DNA of 63,988 bases, counting the filler, from Octopus bimaculoides (Eukaryota), in NCBI RefSeq assembly GCF_001194135.2. It is 5 parts of 5 records of this genome, joined end to end, with 100 filler letters (N's around TTAATTAATTAA, not from the genome) between each part and the next. Parts side by side here need not be neighbours in the genome. Positions count along the whole stretch, not along the records: positions 23,675 to 46,297 come from NC_068983.1; 4 more parts are not named here. The stretch is one strand, 5' to 3'. The number at the start of each line of letters is the position of its first letter. Position 1 is the stretch's first letter. Below, one piece after another: positions 27,048-39,984 of the stretch. The notes beneath the pieces are model-generated. The model did not search any database. It was not told the DNA's origin and saw only the letters and a list, made by a program, of their open reading frames with translations. The position numbers and the translations under genes were made by a program.

Positions 27048-27814
27048 GCATGCGTGTGTACATATATATGTTTCCATGTAAATATATAAACATACAGACT
27101 GACACATACATAGATATATGTATTATCTATTTATTTATGTCCATCGGTTTATGCTGTCCTCAGTTTACTTGATTTCACTTCTGCATACTTCTGGTTTTGC
27201 TCGACGATTTTTTTTGTCTTACCATATTTTATTTCCAAATTTAATTTCAATATTTCGTGTCGCTTCCGTTTCGGTCTTTCATTTTGCTTTTTTTTTAAAA
27301 AAAATTTACATTTAACATCGCCGATTTAGACCATACGCTGAGTTAGAACTTTAGTTAGATTTATTTTTTGTATTTTGTAAGATATCTTCGAGATTGAATA
27401 ATAGAATTTCAAATATCAAACCAGAAAATGGATAGAAATGTCGGACTCTCAAGAAAAGAGCATTGAAATATTGATCAACTTCAAAATAGAAAACTCGACG
27501 AAAATTCTGAAACAGTTTACTTAATACAAAGACTTAATTAATTAATATACTCTTAAAACAATTAATAATAAACGCTTAGAACAATTAAAAGAAACACTAA
27601 CAACGGTTAATATGACCACTTAGAACAGTTAATACAAACACTTGAGACAAGCTAAAGATACGAAGTAAAATACGAGCAGTTGCGTATAATTACAGGGGAT
27701 TCGAGAAGACTGTTACACAAAAAGAATCGCTTATACATCGATTTACTATACAACAACACAATAATAAAACTTTTCAATCAGTTTTTTTTTTCAATAACGC
27801 GAAACTAAATATTC

Positions 27815-28092
27815 TTTTATTCTTTTACTTGTTTCAGTCATTTGACTGCGGCCATGCTGGAGCACCGCAATTAGTCGAACTAATCGACGCCAGGACTTAT
27901 TCTTTGTAAGCTTGGTACTTATTCTATCGGTCTCTTTTGTCGAACCGCTAATTTACGGGGACGTAAACACACCAGCATCGGTTGTCAAGCGATGTTGGGA
28001 GGACAAACACAGACACACAAACATATACACACAAACATATACACACAAACATATACACACATACTCACACACACATACTCACACACACATAT

Positions 28093-28187
<95 letters not shown>

Positions 28188-28355
28188 CACGACGGACTTC
28201 TTTTAGTTTCCATCAACCAAATCCACTCACAAGGCTTTGGTCGGCCCAAGGCTATAGAAGAAGACACTTGCCCAAGATGCCACGCAGTGGGACTGAACCC
28301 GGAACCATGTGGCTGGTAAGCAAGCTATTTACCACACAGCCACTCCTGCGCCTAT
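27815..28355 (-). mobile_element. Well-preserved tRNA-derived SINE with internal (CA)n(TA)n
   Basis: The reverse complement reads ggctgtgtggtaaatagcttgc...ggttccgggttcagtcccactgcgtggcatcttgggcaagtg... Confidence 0.9.
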
Positions 28356-28359
28356 GATA

Positions 28360-28615
28360 ATCAAACTTTTCCACAGAGTGGCAGAAAAGAATCGCGAGAC
28401 AATTCTTAAGGCCAAACCAACCGGCAGGAAACCTAAGGGTAGACGAAGAAGGAGATGGTTGGATAACATCCATAGTCCCCTTTGGTTATGCTTGGGAATC
28501 CAGCAAGAAAATCTAATGGCGGTTGCTTTAGTAAGGACTCTATGGAGAAGATGGTCGAGGGCTTTACCCTACGGCTCTTCCAGGAATAGTAGGTGGAGAA
28601 GAGGGATGGATTGGA
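28360..28615 (+). mobile_element. RTE-type LINE 3' fragment
   Basis: ILKAKPTGRKPKGRRRRRWLDNI...GIQQENLMAVALVRTLWRR. Confidence 0.75.
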
Positions 28616-28722
28616 GTTTGCTACCAATCCAATTGCAAGACTAAACAGCATCAATCAATAAAAACACAACTGAAAAATAACTGAAATGGTTGAACAAAAT
28701 CGCCGTTCTTTAAAACAGTTAT

Positions 28723-30004
28723 TATAAGAGGAAGTGAAAAATTAGCCGCACTTTCGCCAAAATTTTCTTTAGGCTCTTCGCACTGCCTTCAGCGCTCGCA
28801 TGCAAAAAGGCGGTACTCCTGTGGTTATATAACTGAAATTTGAGCTGGATCGTTCCGGTTTTCTTATTTGTGTTACAGAGTAAACATGGGCGCTTCACTG
28901 GTAGTGAGAATGAAAGAAGAAAAAAGATCAGTGATCCTTTCTCTCTGGTCTGAAGGTGTGTCAGGGATGAAATTCATTGCAGGCTTTCAATAGAATATGG
29001 TGACAGCGCTCTATCACGTAGAAGTGTGTATGAATGGATCGAGAAGTTTTAAAATGGCCGAACAAGCGTGAAGCACAAAGAGGGAGCAGGACGCTCTTAA
29101 CATCCACCACTTACGTGAAGATTCAACAAGCTCGAGAGATGATTCTGGCCAACCGACGTGTGGCCATCGGTGAGCTGGCGTGTTCACTACAAATTAGTCA
29201 TGGTTCTACATACGAAATCATCCACAACAAGCTTTGCTTCTGAAGAATCTGTGCGAGATGTGTGCCAAGAAAGCTTACACAAAAGCGCAATTGTGTGGAG
29301 ATCTGTTAACGCTTACTCGACCGCTACAACGATAAAAGCGAAGCTATTTTGGAGAGAATAGTCGCAAGAGATGAGATCTGGATTCATCACTTTGAGGGAG
29401 AATCCTAAAGGCAGAGTATGGTGCGGAAACGCCTGGAGTTGTCAGTAGAAAAGAAATTCAAGACTCAACTTTCCACAGAAAAAATGATGCTAACCGTTTT
29501 GGACACAAAAGGGGCTACACTTGAACATTACCAAGAAAAGGGGGTCTACAATCACCAGTGTAGGCTACAGTGAAATGCTGGCCAACAAACTCAAACAAAC
29601 AATTTGCGCCAAATGCAGGAGTCTATTGTCAAATCAACTCCTACTGTTGCAGGACAATGCACACCCACATACAGCCGTCCACATCGTTGAAACCATTAAA
29701 AAATTGGGTTTTGAATTGCTGAAGCACCGTGCATACAGTCCAGACCTCGCCCATCCGATTATCCTCTATTTGGATTGTTCGAACATCCTTTACGAGGCCG
29801 TCGATTAGCTACAGACGAAGAAGCGCGGGAATCGGTGCATGAATGGCTGCGTGACCATCCAAAAAACCTTCCACGGTGGAATAACCAAGCTTGTGGACAG
29901 TTGTAAGAAGTGCATCAAAAAGCAAGGAGACTGTCGAAAAATTATGTAACTGTCCGACCCCTACTTACAGAAACAAGAGGGTGCTTAATTTTCGAGTGTG
30001 TCTA
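28723..30004 (+). mobile_element. Near full-length decayed mariner (DD34D) DNA transposon; transposase pseudogene about 28886-29945
   Basis: HTH region (SRRSVYEWIEKF.NGRTSV), RDEIWIHHFE (GDETW-like), QDNAHPH and AYSPDLA(P)SD with 34 residues between the Asp residues. Many stops and frameshifts; degenerate TIRs share GAAAATTA.GC. Confidence 0.9.
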
Positions 30005-31059
30005 ATTACCCTCGGAAATGCTGATAAAACAGAAACTTTTATAAAATGGAAGCGAAATGATTTCTGGATTCCTACAATCTAAAGATCAAATCACGTTATT
30101 ATTTCAGTGAAGTAAGGCGTTAAGCTGGCAGAATCGTTTGAGCGTCAGATAATATGCTTAGTGACACTTCTTTACGTTCTGAGTTCAAATCCTGCCTCGA
30201 GAAGACGAGGGCTTGACTAAGCTGTTATCGTTGCTAGCAAAACTTGCAACGAAGATATGATGAGTGGGTGATATATAGTTACTCTGTTAATTTGGAATGT
30301 TTGTTATTGAAATGAAAATGACTTAAACACGAACATTTAAAATAATTATTTTTCTTTTTTAATTAAATTATAGTTTAAAATGTTTTAATCACCTCATGTA
30401 AAATCAATTTCTTTAATTAGTCCCATACGTTTAGCAACGAAATTTACAAAATTTTAATCAAGTACAGAATAACTTAACTTTGATGGTTGTATTGGGAATA
30501 ATAATTACATGAAAATATTGTTGGGTTTGAGTAAGCAAACACCATTTTAATGAGAAAACCAACGATTTCTAATCACAATACTCACTTGTAGTTTTTTTAA
30601 AACTTGAATCGCATCAAAGACTTCACATCTTTAACAACTAATTACTATAAGTTTTAAATTAGGCATGAAACATGTTTTTTGCAAGACTGAAATACAAATA
30701 GTCCCAAATAATGTCACTTCTGGATCTCATGGGAAGGAAAACTACATTGATACAGCGATATACATGGCCATTGACCTATTTTAACCGGGGCCGGAACTAA
30801 TAGATGTGAGGGCGGGGTTGAAAAATATTGTATTAACAAGTGAAAAAGGGGTACCATTGGAGAATCAAAAATATCACGAAAATTAAGTCTTTTCATTAAT
30901 TAATTACTGCACATGGAAATGTATTCCGGTTGACGTCATTGATGATAATTTTCTAAAATGACTGAATAAAATGCATTTTTTGAGTTTCAAACTTGAAAAT
31001 GACAGGAAAGTCACAGATTGGCACATATTTTTTCAGAGCTGAAGCAACAACAATCATAG

Positions 31060-31850
31060 ATATTGGTTTCAAATTTTGGCACAAGGTCAGTATTTTCGGA
31101 GAAAGGATTCTTATTTTATTGACCCCGAAAAGATGAAGGACAAAGTTGATTTTTGAAGAATTTTAACTCAGAACGTAAAGACGGTCGAAACACCGCCAAG
31201 CATTCTGCCCGACGTGCAGACGATTCTTCTAACTCGCCGCCTTACAATGATGAGAAATATTCGTTCCAAATTTTGGCACAAGATTAGCAATTTGTGGGGA
31301 GGGGGCCGAGTCAATTACATCAACCCTCAGTATTCCACTGGTACTTCATTTATCGACCCCGGAAAGATGAAAGGTATATATATATATATANNNNNNNNNN
31401 TATATGTATGTATGTATAAAGCACGATTTATTCGTGATCAGAGATGTTCGAAAACCGGAGTACTACTGTGTATATATATATATGTATATATATAAGTACT
31501 ACTGTATATATATAAGGACTTTAGGTTAATTGGAATATGTTTGCGACATATCTCAACTGCCAGAAGTAATTTACTGCAGTTAGTTAAAATATGTCACCAA
31601 TATATATTAATTAACCTAAAGTTTGCTCATGCCTGAACACTGCTTGGCGCTGATATTATTGTATATATGTATGTATGTATATACAACGGGCTTCGTTCAG
31701 TTTCCGTCCACCAAATCCATTCACAAGACTTTGGTTGGCCCAAGGCCATAGTAGAAGACACTTGGTCAAGGTGCCTTGCAATGGGACTGAAACTGGAACC
31801 ATATGGTTGGGAAGCAAGCCTCCTAACACACAACCACGCCAGCGCCTGTC
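31060..31850 (-). mobile_element. Decayed SINE copies (31060-31370 and 31670-31850)
   Basis: Reverse-complement motifs of the two common SINE families. Confidence 0.75.
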
Positions 31851-33399
31851 TCGATATTTTGTTAATGATATTACTCTACATTGGACACTAAAGGAACAGC
31901 CTACAGTTACAAATCATTATAACACTTACAGAAGTACATTGCACTGTCACGTGGTACCCCTTTAACTGGTAAGTAAACTTGATCATCCGGTGGTACCCCT
32001 TTAACTGATTCGTATGCTAGAATCATTGAGTTATACCTCTTTAACTGTCAGGTAAACAAGATCATTAAATGATACCCTTTTAATTGTCCGGTAATATTAG
32101 ATCATTCCTTAATCATGGACGACAATATGAGATCAAAGTCGAAACAGAAACCACCTCTCATTCAACCGGAAGTCAGCATTTACTCGGCTGCTTCATTAAT
32201 TCTATTATGAAATTCTTCTTTGTTTAAACAATATTTTTAAACCATATTCCATAAAGATATGAATGATTTTTTAATTAATCAGAAAATCTGAATCAACAAC
32301 AATTGTCTTGCCCGAAGCTATTCCTTTATAAACAGCATCCATTTTAGATGAATTCTCCACTTGGTTTTTAATGTTTAAAAATTTTTTAACTCATTATTAT
32401 TTTTGATTTTCTTTATAAATTTCCTTCCTTCCGCCTTCATTCCTATAAATTCTATTTTTTACTTTTTCTTCTTTTCCCATCCTCCTCCTTTATTTTATTC
32501 ATAAACTTCTTTTATTCAGCTTCTCTCTCCTCCTCTATCTTCTTACTTCCTCCAATTTTCCATTCTCTTCTTTCCATTTAAGTTTTCACCTTCCATACGC
32601 CTTTCTAATTCTTCTTCCTCTTTTCAGTGTTTCTAAAAAAATCTTTCTTAAGGGAAAGGAAGTAAGTCTCAATTAAGTGCATCCCGCTGCGTATCTATTT
32701 ATGAAAAGGACTGGTTCGTGGTTTCATGTTAATGCGTTCGATTCCTACCTATGTTGCTTTGAAGCTTTTTCTCCAAAGAAGACATAAAATGCAAAGCACG
32801 TAAGCATTACATGAATTCCAGTGCAATAAATGTAGGCATGTGGAGACGCGTAGCCTAGTTGTTAATGTGTTCGGTTCAAGATCATAATAACATGGGTTCA
32901 ATTCCAGGAGTAAGCGGTGCGTTCTGTTCTTTTGTAAGGCACTTCATTTCACGTTGCTTCAGTCTGCTGAGCAGTAAATTAGTAACAGCTCAGCGCTAGT
33001 AGCGCCCTCTCTCCGTCAGGCTGTCTCATTCTGGTCATACTTCACAAGTGAAGTATAACCAGGCAACACGTACTTTACTTAGGCCTCTACAGTCTGGAAT
33101 ACAGTCTGGAATCCCTGTGAGGAACAACTCGTTTTCTTTTCGAATGAGTTGAACTTTGCAATCCTTTGAAGCACTTCCTGTTTGGCTTTTTTTTTTAATA
33201 ATTAGAATAAAGACCTAAAGCAAGACGATATAAAGTGCACGAGCTCTACTCGAACACATACTAACTAATCAAGCCGAACATATACTAACTTGATCAAGAC
33301 AAGAAAGAGTGGTTATTAATGAAGGGCATCGGATGTGATTACCTTACGTTACAGGTGAACAACCACAAAAGGTGCGTTACCGCAATTTCCTCACGAATA

Positions 33400-33959
33400 A
33401 TTCTGGATTTAATCAGGCAGGTAAGGCAGTTCTCCTTTGCCTGGAGGCTGTGACGAAAGAGGTTGTCTGGTGGACGAGGTTGAAAGGCATCGGGAGAGAG
33501 AGACATTCCTCTTTAGTGGCGCCCTCATCGACTTTTTCAATATTCACTTGAAAAGGAAAGTGAGGGTGGAGAGGGAGGCGCCGTCCTCGAATGAATTTAT
33601 TAAGAAATGGATGAAAGTTGCGAAAAATGGCAAGAGTAGATGGTGCCGTTCTAAATATAGAGCTGTGAGTCGGAAAAACAAGAATTGGAGTGGGCCTTGA
33701 TGTTCAGGGACATTTTGGATGCTAGGGTTCTACGATTGTCCCTAGCGGTTCTCTTGTGTCTGGAGGATCAGATTGTATTCACCTTGTTTTGTAGCTAATG
33801 TATATTTTTGTATATTTTTTCTTTCCATGTTTTATTGTACAGCACGTGTGTACTTTCTTCTCTTCCGTTTTTTGTGTATCATTTCATTGTATAGAAATAC
33901 CCACATTTTATGTTTGTCGTGTTCTCCACCTCATCCGTCACCCTGGTGTCAAATAAAGG

Positions 33960-33960
<1 letters not shown>
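33400..33960 (+). mobile_element. L1/Tx1-like LINE 3' end with 3' UTR and microsatellite tail
   Basis: LIDFFNIHLKRKVRVERE...F.K.W..VA is shared with 41971-42235. Ends at aataaaggaa followed by (ATC)n. Confidence 0.65.
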
Positions 33961-34002
<42 letters not shown>

Positions 34003-34039
34003 TATCATCACCACCACCACCGCCACCGCCACCACCACC

Positions 34040-34073
<34 letters not shown>

Positions 34074-34130
34074 TCAACATCATCATCATCACCATCACCA
34101 TCATCATCAGCAGCAACAGCAGCATTATTG

Positions 34131-34170
<40 letters not shown>
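33961..34170 (+). repeat. Compound trinucleotide microsatellite (ATC)n(ACC)n(ATC)n(AGC)n(ATT)n
   Basis: Read directly; it explains the poly-H/I/D/N ORFs. Confidence 0.98.
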
Positions 34171-34722
34171 CAAATGTTGGTGTAGCGACTCGTGTTGAGC
34201 GAGCTCCTGTATAGGCTATCAGATTCCAGTTTAGCTCGTTAGGGGTTTCTTTCGTCATAATACATCATGCTCGTAAAATATTGTGAAGCAACGGGTGGTT
34301 CCCGTCAAAGAACTATTTTATTCCTGTAGCAAGCAGCAGGTGGCAAGAATTAATTCCACAGCGACGAAAAGGGATCAGTTCTTTCCACAAATAAGTTTAA
34401 GGCTTGTTGTAATCTGCAACAAGGAATTCTTCGACGGAGAATATCTAGTTTATTTGCGGGATTTACCAGAACATGGCAGAATCGTTAGAGCATGAGGGTG
34501 ATATTTATTTAGGCTCTGAGTTCAAATATTGCTGAGGTCATCTTTGCCTTTCAGGGTTGATAAAATAAAGTAACGGTGAAGGACTGGGTTTGATGTAATC
34601 CATCATTCCTCGTCCTCCAAAATTTCAGGCCTCTCATGCTTAAATTAAAACCAAATTTATCGGCTGCATTATAACTGACCACTCCACAAACTATTCAGAG
34701 AATTAACATAAGAAAGACGTTA

Positions 34723-34862
34723 ATCTTGTCGAGGACATCTTGTCGAGGACATCTTGTCGAGGACATCTTGTCGAGGACATCTTGTCGAGGACATCTTGTC
34801 GAGGACATCTTGTCGAGGACATCTTGTCGAGGACATCGTGTTGAGGACATCTTGTTGTGGAC
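34723..34862. repeat. 14-bp minisatellite ATCTTGTCGAGGAC x10
   Basis: Eight perfect units (34723-34834) and two degenerate units. Confidence 0.97.
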
Positions 34863-34889
34863 ATCTATATAAAAACGCTACGCTCATTA

Positions 34890-35130
34890 TTATTTTAGAT
34901 GGATCTCCCGTGTTCTCCACCCTGACCGCACCACTCCCAGTTCTCGGTGCCAATATTTCATCGCTTGAACCTAGCTTTCAGGACACCTTTGTATATTTTC
35001 TTTTGTCCTCCTCTTCTTCATCTTCTTTCTTTAGTTGGGGGTAGTGAAGCTGCTTCGGTAGACAGTTGTTTTTCATCCGGAAAACATGACCAGTCCGTGT
35101 CAGCTGTTTCTGAATGGTAATAGCTTCAAT
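34890..35130 (-). mobile_element. RTE LINE 3' fragment
   Basis: The minus strand reads QLTRTGHVFRMKNNCLPKQLHY, then after a frameshift GQKKIYKGVLKA (cf. the GHVxRM..RLPKQL and GGQKKRYKD motifs). Confidence 0.75.
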
Positions 35131-36186
35131 TGAGATCATGTTGGCTTCATGTATATTTATGTGTGCTTATGCATACATACATACATACATACATACATAC
35201 ATACATACATACATACATACAAGTTTGGGTTTATACCTGTAATTTTTTTTGGGGGGGGGGGCTTTGGGATATGTAACATACTGCCTAAATACCAATCACG
35301 AGACATTAGGCTTCTCAAAACCAGAAAGGAGAAAGCTAATTCGAAGATTACAGATCCAATCCATCACTGGAACTGTAAAAATCTGTAAAACTTTCCAGAA
35401 GTTTATCATTTAAATATATATGAGCATGTTTAGATATGCAACTGTATGCATGAGAATACTTGCATAAGGCAAAACATACAAACCTGCACATATACATACA
35501 TACATACATACATACATACATACATGCATACATGCATGCATGCATGCATACATACATANNNNNNNNNNNNNNNNNNNNNNNNNNNNNNNNNNNNNNNNNN
35601 NNNNNNNNNNNNNNNNNNNNNNNNNNNNNNNNNNNNNNNNNNNNNNNNNNNNNNNNNNNNNNNNNNNNNNNNNNNNNNNNNNNNNNNNNNNNNNNNNNNN
35701 NNNNNNNNNNNNNNNNNNNNNNNNNNNNNNNNNNNNNNNNNNNNNNNNNNNNNNNNNNNNNNNNNNNNNNNNNNNNNNNNNNNNNNNNNNNNNNNNNNNN
35801 NNNNNNNNNNNNNNNNNNNNNNNNNNNNNNNNNNNNNNNNNNNNNNNNNNNNNNNNNNNNNNNNNNNNNNNNNNNNNNNNNNNNNNNNNNNNNNNNNNNN
35901 NNNNNNNNNNNNNNNNNNNNNNNNNNNNNNNNNNNNNNNNNNNNNNNNNNNNNNNNNNNNNNNNNNNNNNNNNNNNNNNNNNNNNNNNNNNNNNNNNNNN
36001 NNNNNNNNNNNNNNNNNNNNNNNNNNNNNNNNNNNNNNNNNNNNNNNNNNNNNNNNNNNNNNNNNNNNNNNNNNNNNNNNNNNNNNNNNNNNNNNNNNNN
36101 NNNNNNNNNNNNNNNNNNNNNNNNNNNNNNNNNNNNNNNNNNNNNNNNNNNNNNNNNNNNNNNNNNNNNNNNNNNNNNNNNNNNNN

Positions 36187-36255
<69 letters not shown>

Positions 36256-36741
36256 GTTTACCCCTGTAGTTTATATGTGGTGGTATGTACGAACGTGCGT
36301 ACTATCTCTGCTGTTGACAGAACCCTAGCGGCGGCCATTCATCTGACCATTAAATTCACCTTCTTTCTTTCATTCGCTAAGCATTCCTTTTCGTTCTCAC
36401 CCCTCCCCACTAATCACTTTAGTCTTCTATCCACCTAAACCCCTCCGAATTCCCCATCCCTCTCCCCTAGCACTTTTCTCCCTCTACAGCCAGTCACTTC
36501 TCACCTACATAGGTACACCTACTAACAATGACATTTTCCTATGATTTTTCACTGCATCCAAAGTCTCGTGGACTAAAGCAAAGACGGAAACATGTTTCTC
36601 ACAATTCTTGACGAAGAACTTTGGTCGAAAAGTTGAAAACGGAGTTCCTAGTGAGATACGAACCTAAGTAACGTTAAATTTGGTAACAAATACTATTTTT
36701 TTCCAACACTGACCGTCTCTTAGCTCCTGAATAATGTGTGT

Positions 36742-36783
<42 letters not shown>

Positions 36784-37647
36784 CACCATCTTTCTATGAC
36801 CGCTTCTATATATAACCACATTTCAATATAAGTGTTTTCGTCTCACTCTCCTACTCACGCACCATACTTTCGTTATCTCTATAACCTTTTCTCTCTCTCT
36901 CTTTCTTTCTTNNNNNNNNNNNNNNNNNNNNNNNNNNNNNNNNNNNNNNNNNNNNNNNNNNNNNNNNNNNNNNNNNNNNNNNNNNNNNNNNNNNNNNNNN
37001 NNNNNNNNNNNNNNNNNNNNNNNNNNNNNNNNNNNNNNNNNNNNNNNNNNNNNNNNNNNNNNNNNNNNNNNNNNNNNNNNNNNNNNNNNNNNNNNNNNNN
37101 NNNNNNNNNNNNNNNNNNNNNNNNNNNNNNNNNNNNNNNNNNNNNNNNNNNNNNNNNNNNNNNNNNNNNNNNNNNNNNNNNNNNNNNNNNNNNNNNNNNN
37201 NNNNNNNNNNNNNNNNNNNNNNNNNNNNNNNNNNNNNNNNNNNNNNNNNNNNNNNNNNNNNNNNNNNNNNNNNNNNNNNNNNNNNNNNNNNNNNNNNNNN
37301 NNNNNNNNNNNNNNNNNNNNNNNNNNNNNNNNNNNNNNNNNNNNNNNNNNNNNNNNNNNNNNNNNNNNNNNNNNNNNNNNNNNNNNNNNNNNNNNNNNNN
37401 NNNNNNNNNNNNNNNNNNNNNNNNNNNNNNNNNNNNNNNNNNNNNNNNNNNNNNNNNNNNNNNNNNNNNNNNNNNNNNNNNNNNNNNNNNNNNNNNNNNN
37501 NNNNNNNNNNNNNNNNNNNNNNNNNNNNNNNNNNNNNNNNNNNNNNNNNNNNNNNNNNNNNNNNNNNNNNNNNNNNNNNNNNNNNNNNNNNNNNNNNNNN
37601 NNNNNNNNNNNNNNNNNNNNNNNNNNNNNNNNNNNNNNNNNNNNNNN

Positions 37648-37692
<45 letters not shown>

Positions 37693-37727
37693 GTATGTAT
37701 GCATGCATATATATAGAGAGAGAAAGC

Positions 37728-37795
<68 letters not shown>

Positions 37796-38467
37796 AAGAG
37801 ATGTACATATATATATCTTCCTTTGAATTGGCAGGGTCTGTTTTTTTTGTTTTTTTGTAGTTGTTGTTGATGCTTACTGATGTAGTTTTTGTTGTTGCCT
37901 CTGTGTTATCGTAATTCCATCTGTTTGTAATTATCTCACAGACAATTTAGCTTCTCTCATCCTTCAACAACATTCCAAGAATTTCATTAACTTCACGTTC
38001 CGATAATTCCTTGAGCCGTTTTCTTCAATCTCCGTTAACTCTCTCTAATTACATTTTCACACTTTAACCTAGAGGCAAATACTAGAAGTACCGCCAATAA
38101 AACTATGATTGGCTAACTTACAATATCTACTGAGTCAATTAATAAACATTTCATACAATGGTTAATTTATGGCGATCACGTGCTTCATAAACATCCAATC
38201 ATTTGTTGGTTACTTTGACATAAGTAATCAACGTCCAAATGAAGGGTGAACTTCTACAAAGCCATAGTATGCCCTGGAAATCATAGCTAAGCCTTCTTTA
38301 ATTTGTACTGGACATCTTAAAAGAGGAATGTTAAGTGGATAATGTAGCCGTAGACATGCTATTATCAAAGAGAGCAAACTGTATTGCGGCTGCTGCTGGA
38401 GGGCTCTTGTCCACAAGCCTACACGATAAGAGATATCCTAAGACTAAAGAACAACCACAGTGCTATT

Positions 38468-38513
38468 CTCTTTAATTAGTTTCAAACTTACCAAGTGTTC
38501 ATCGGTGAAAGAG
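38468..38513 (-). ncRNA. Decayed hammerhead-like motif downstream of a long CT tract
   Basis: rc: CTCTTTCA-CCGATGA-ACACTT ggt AAGTTT-GAAA-CTAATT-AAAGAG. Stem III and the cleavage region are not canonical. Confidence 0.4.
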
Positions 38514-38718
38514 GTGGTAGAGAGAGAAAATCAAAAGGAGCAGGTAGATGAGGAAGGGAAGAGATAAGAGAGAAAGACGCAATAATAACAAGTAGAGGAA
38601 GAACGAGAAGGGTAAGGAAGAGAGAAAGAAACAGAAATAACAGGTAGATGAAAAGAGATGTAAGGAACAGAGAGTGTGGCAAGAGAGAGAGAGAGAGAGA
38701 GAGAGAGATATGCAAGGA

Positions 38719-38764
<46 letters not shown>

Positions 38765-39984
38765 NNNNNNNNNNGAGGGAGAAAGAGGGAGAGGGAGAAA
38801 GAGAGAGAGGGAGAAAGAGAGAGAGGGAGAAAGAGAGAGAGGGAGAAAGAGAGAGAGGGAGAGAGAAATTAAATACCTTCAATTAAGCGATGGAAGATTG
38901 AAATTCGAAACGTTAGACTTATTCTTCCTCACAAAAACATAATCCATTTCTACTTTGTGAATTAAACTATTTTCCGATGGCCGCAGAGTCTACCACTGGT
39001 TTACCTGGACGTAATCAATCAACTAATTTCAGTCGACCGTAAATCCACGTCTGGCTGATTATAGTGTGACGCAATTACTACAAGCCAATCAGTCTCCCTG
39101 CTTCATTTCACATAATGACATCATTTCTTTGATAGACACCTTAGACACTTAAGTACTACGTAACCCGCCACATTCTCATACTTATGTTTGTTAATTCACA
39201 ATAAACTACAATGGCAAGTGAAGAAAACATCATCACGGTTTGGTGCGTTTCAAATAATCTCTAAACGCAATAGGAAAGTCAACCATGGATTCACGCTCTC
39301 TTTCTTTCTCTTTCTATTTCACGCTTCACACTCAAGGAAATGATCGCAATCACACACCGACGAATACACTTTATTAATTAGATGTGACGGTCATAAGCAT
39401 ATCCATTGTTCTATTTAATTAATTATTTTGTATCTCTTATATACACGTTCTTTATTTGTAATTCAGTCTTTGAGTACACGAAATGTTATCTTGTCTATCT
39501 GCCCCTTTAGAAATTGTGAAAAAAAAAAAAAAACCGCTACAACCTGATGAAAGGATGAAAGGAACAGCTGACCTCGTTGGGATTTGAACCCAGTGCACTT
39601 CATGCGTGCACATCTCTTTTGAATATTCAACCACCTACACGCTAATTTACAATTTTGAAAAAAAAAATTTCCAAACAGGTGCGGCTGTGTGGTAAGAAGT
39701 TTGCTTTCCAATTTAATGGTTCTGGGTTCAGTCCTACTGCGTGGCACCTTAGGCAAGTGTTTTCTACTACAGGCCGTAATCCTTGTGAGTAGATTTGGCA
39801 GACGGAAACTGACAGAAAGCCGTTGTATATACATATATATATATATTGGATTTGGTTTGCGAGATTCTTTATGTGGTTTCGTGTCTGGGGAGAGTCATTT
39901 TCTTTTTATGCCCCATAATTTAACACACTCACCGGTAAAATTTCCACTTATTTCTTATTTTAATTTTCCTAAAATTTTCCATCC

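Noticed and set aside
33773-34258. Poly-His/Ile/Asp/Asn ORFs
   Set aside because: Translations of the compound trinucleotide microsatellite.
34723-34862. Regular repeat array considered as CRISPR-like
   Set aside because: Head-to-tail 14-bp units without spacers, in eukaryotic DNA with no cas genes.
35446-37808. Long ORFs of 250-330 aa (also at 48.5-49.5, 53.2-54.0 and 57.8-58.4 kb)
   Set aside because: They consist of X from N-gaps plus microsatellite translations.
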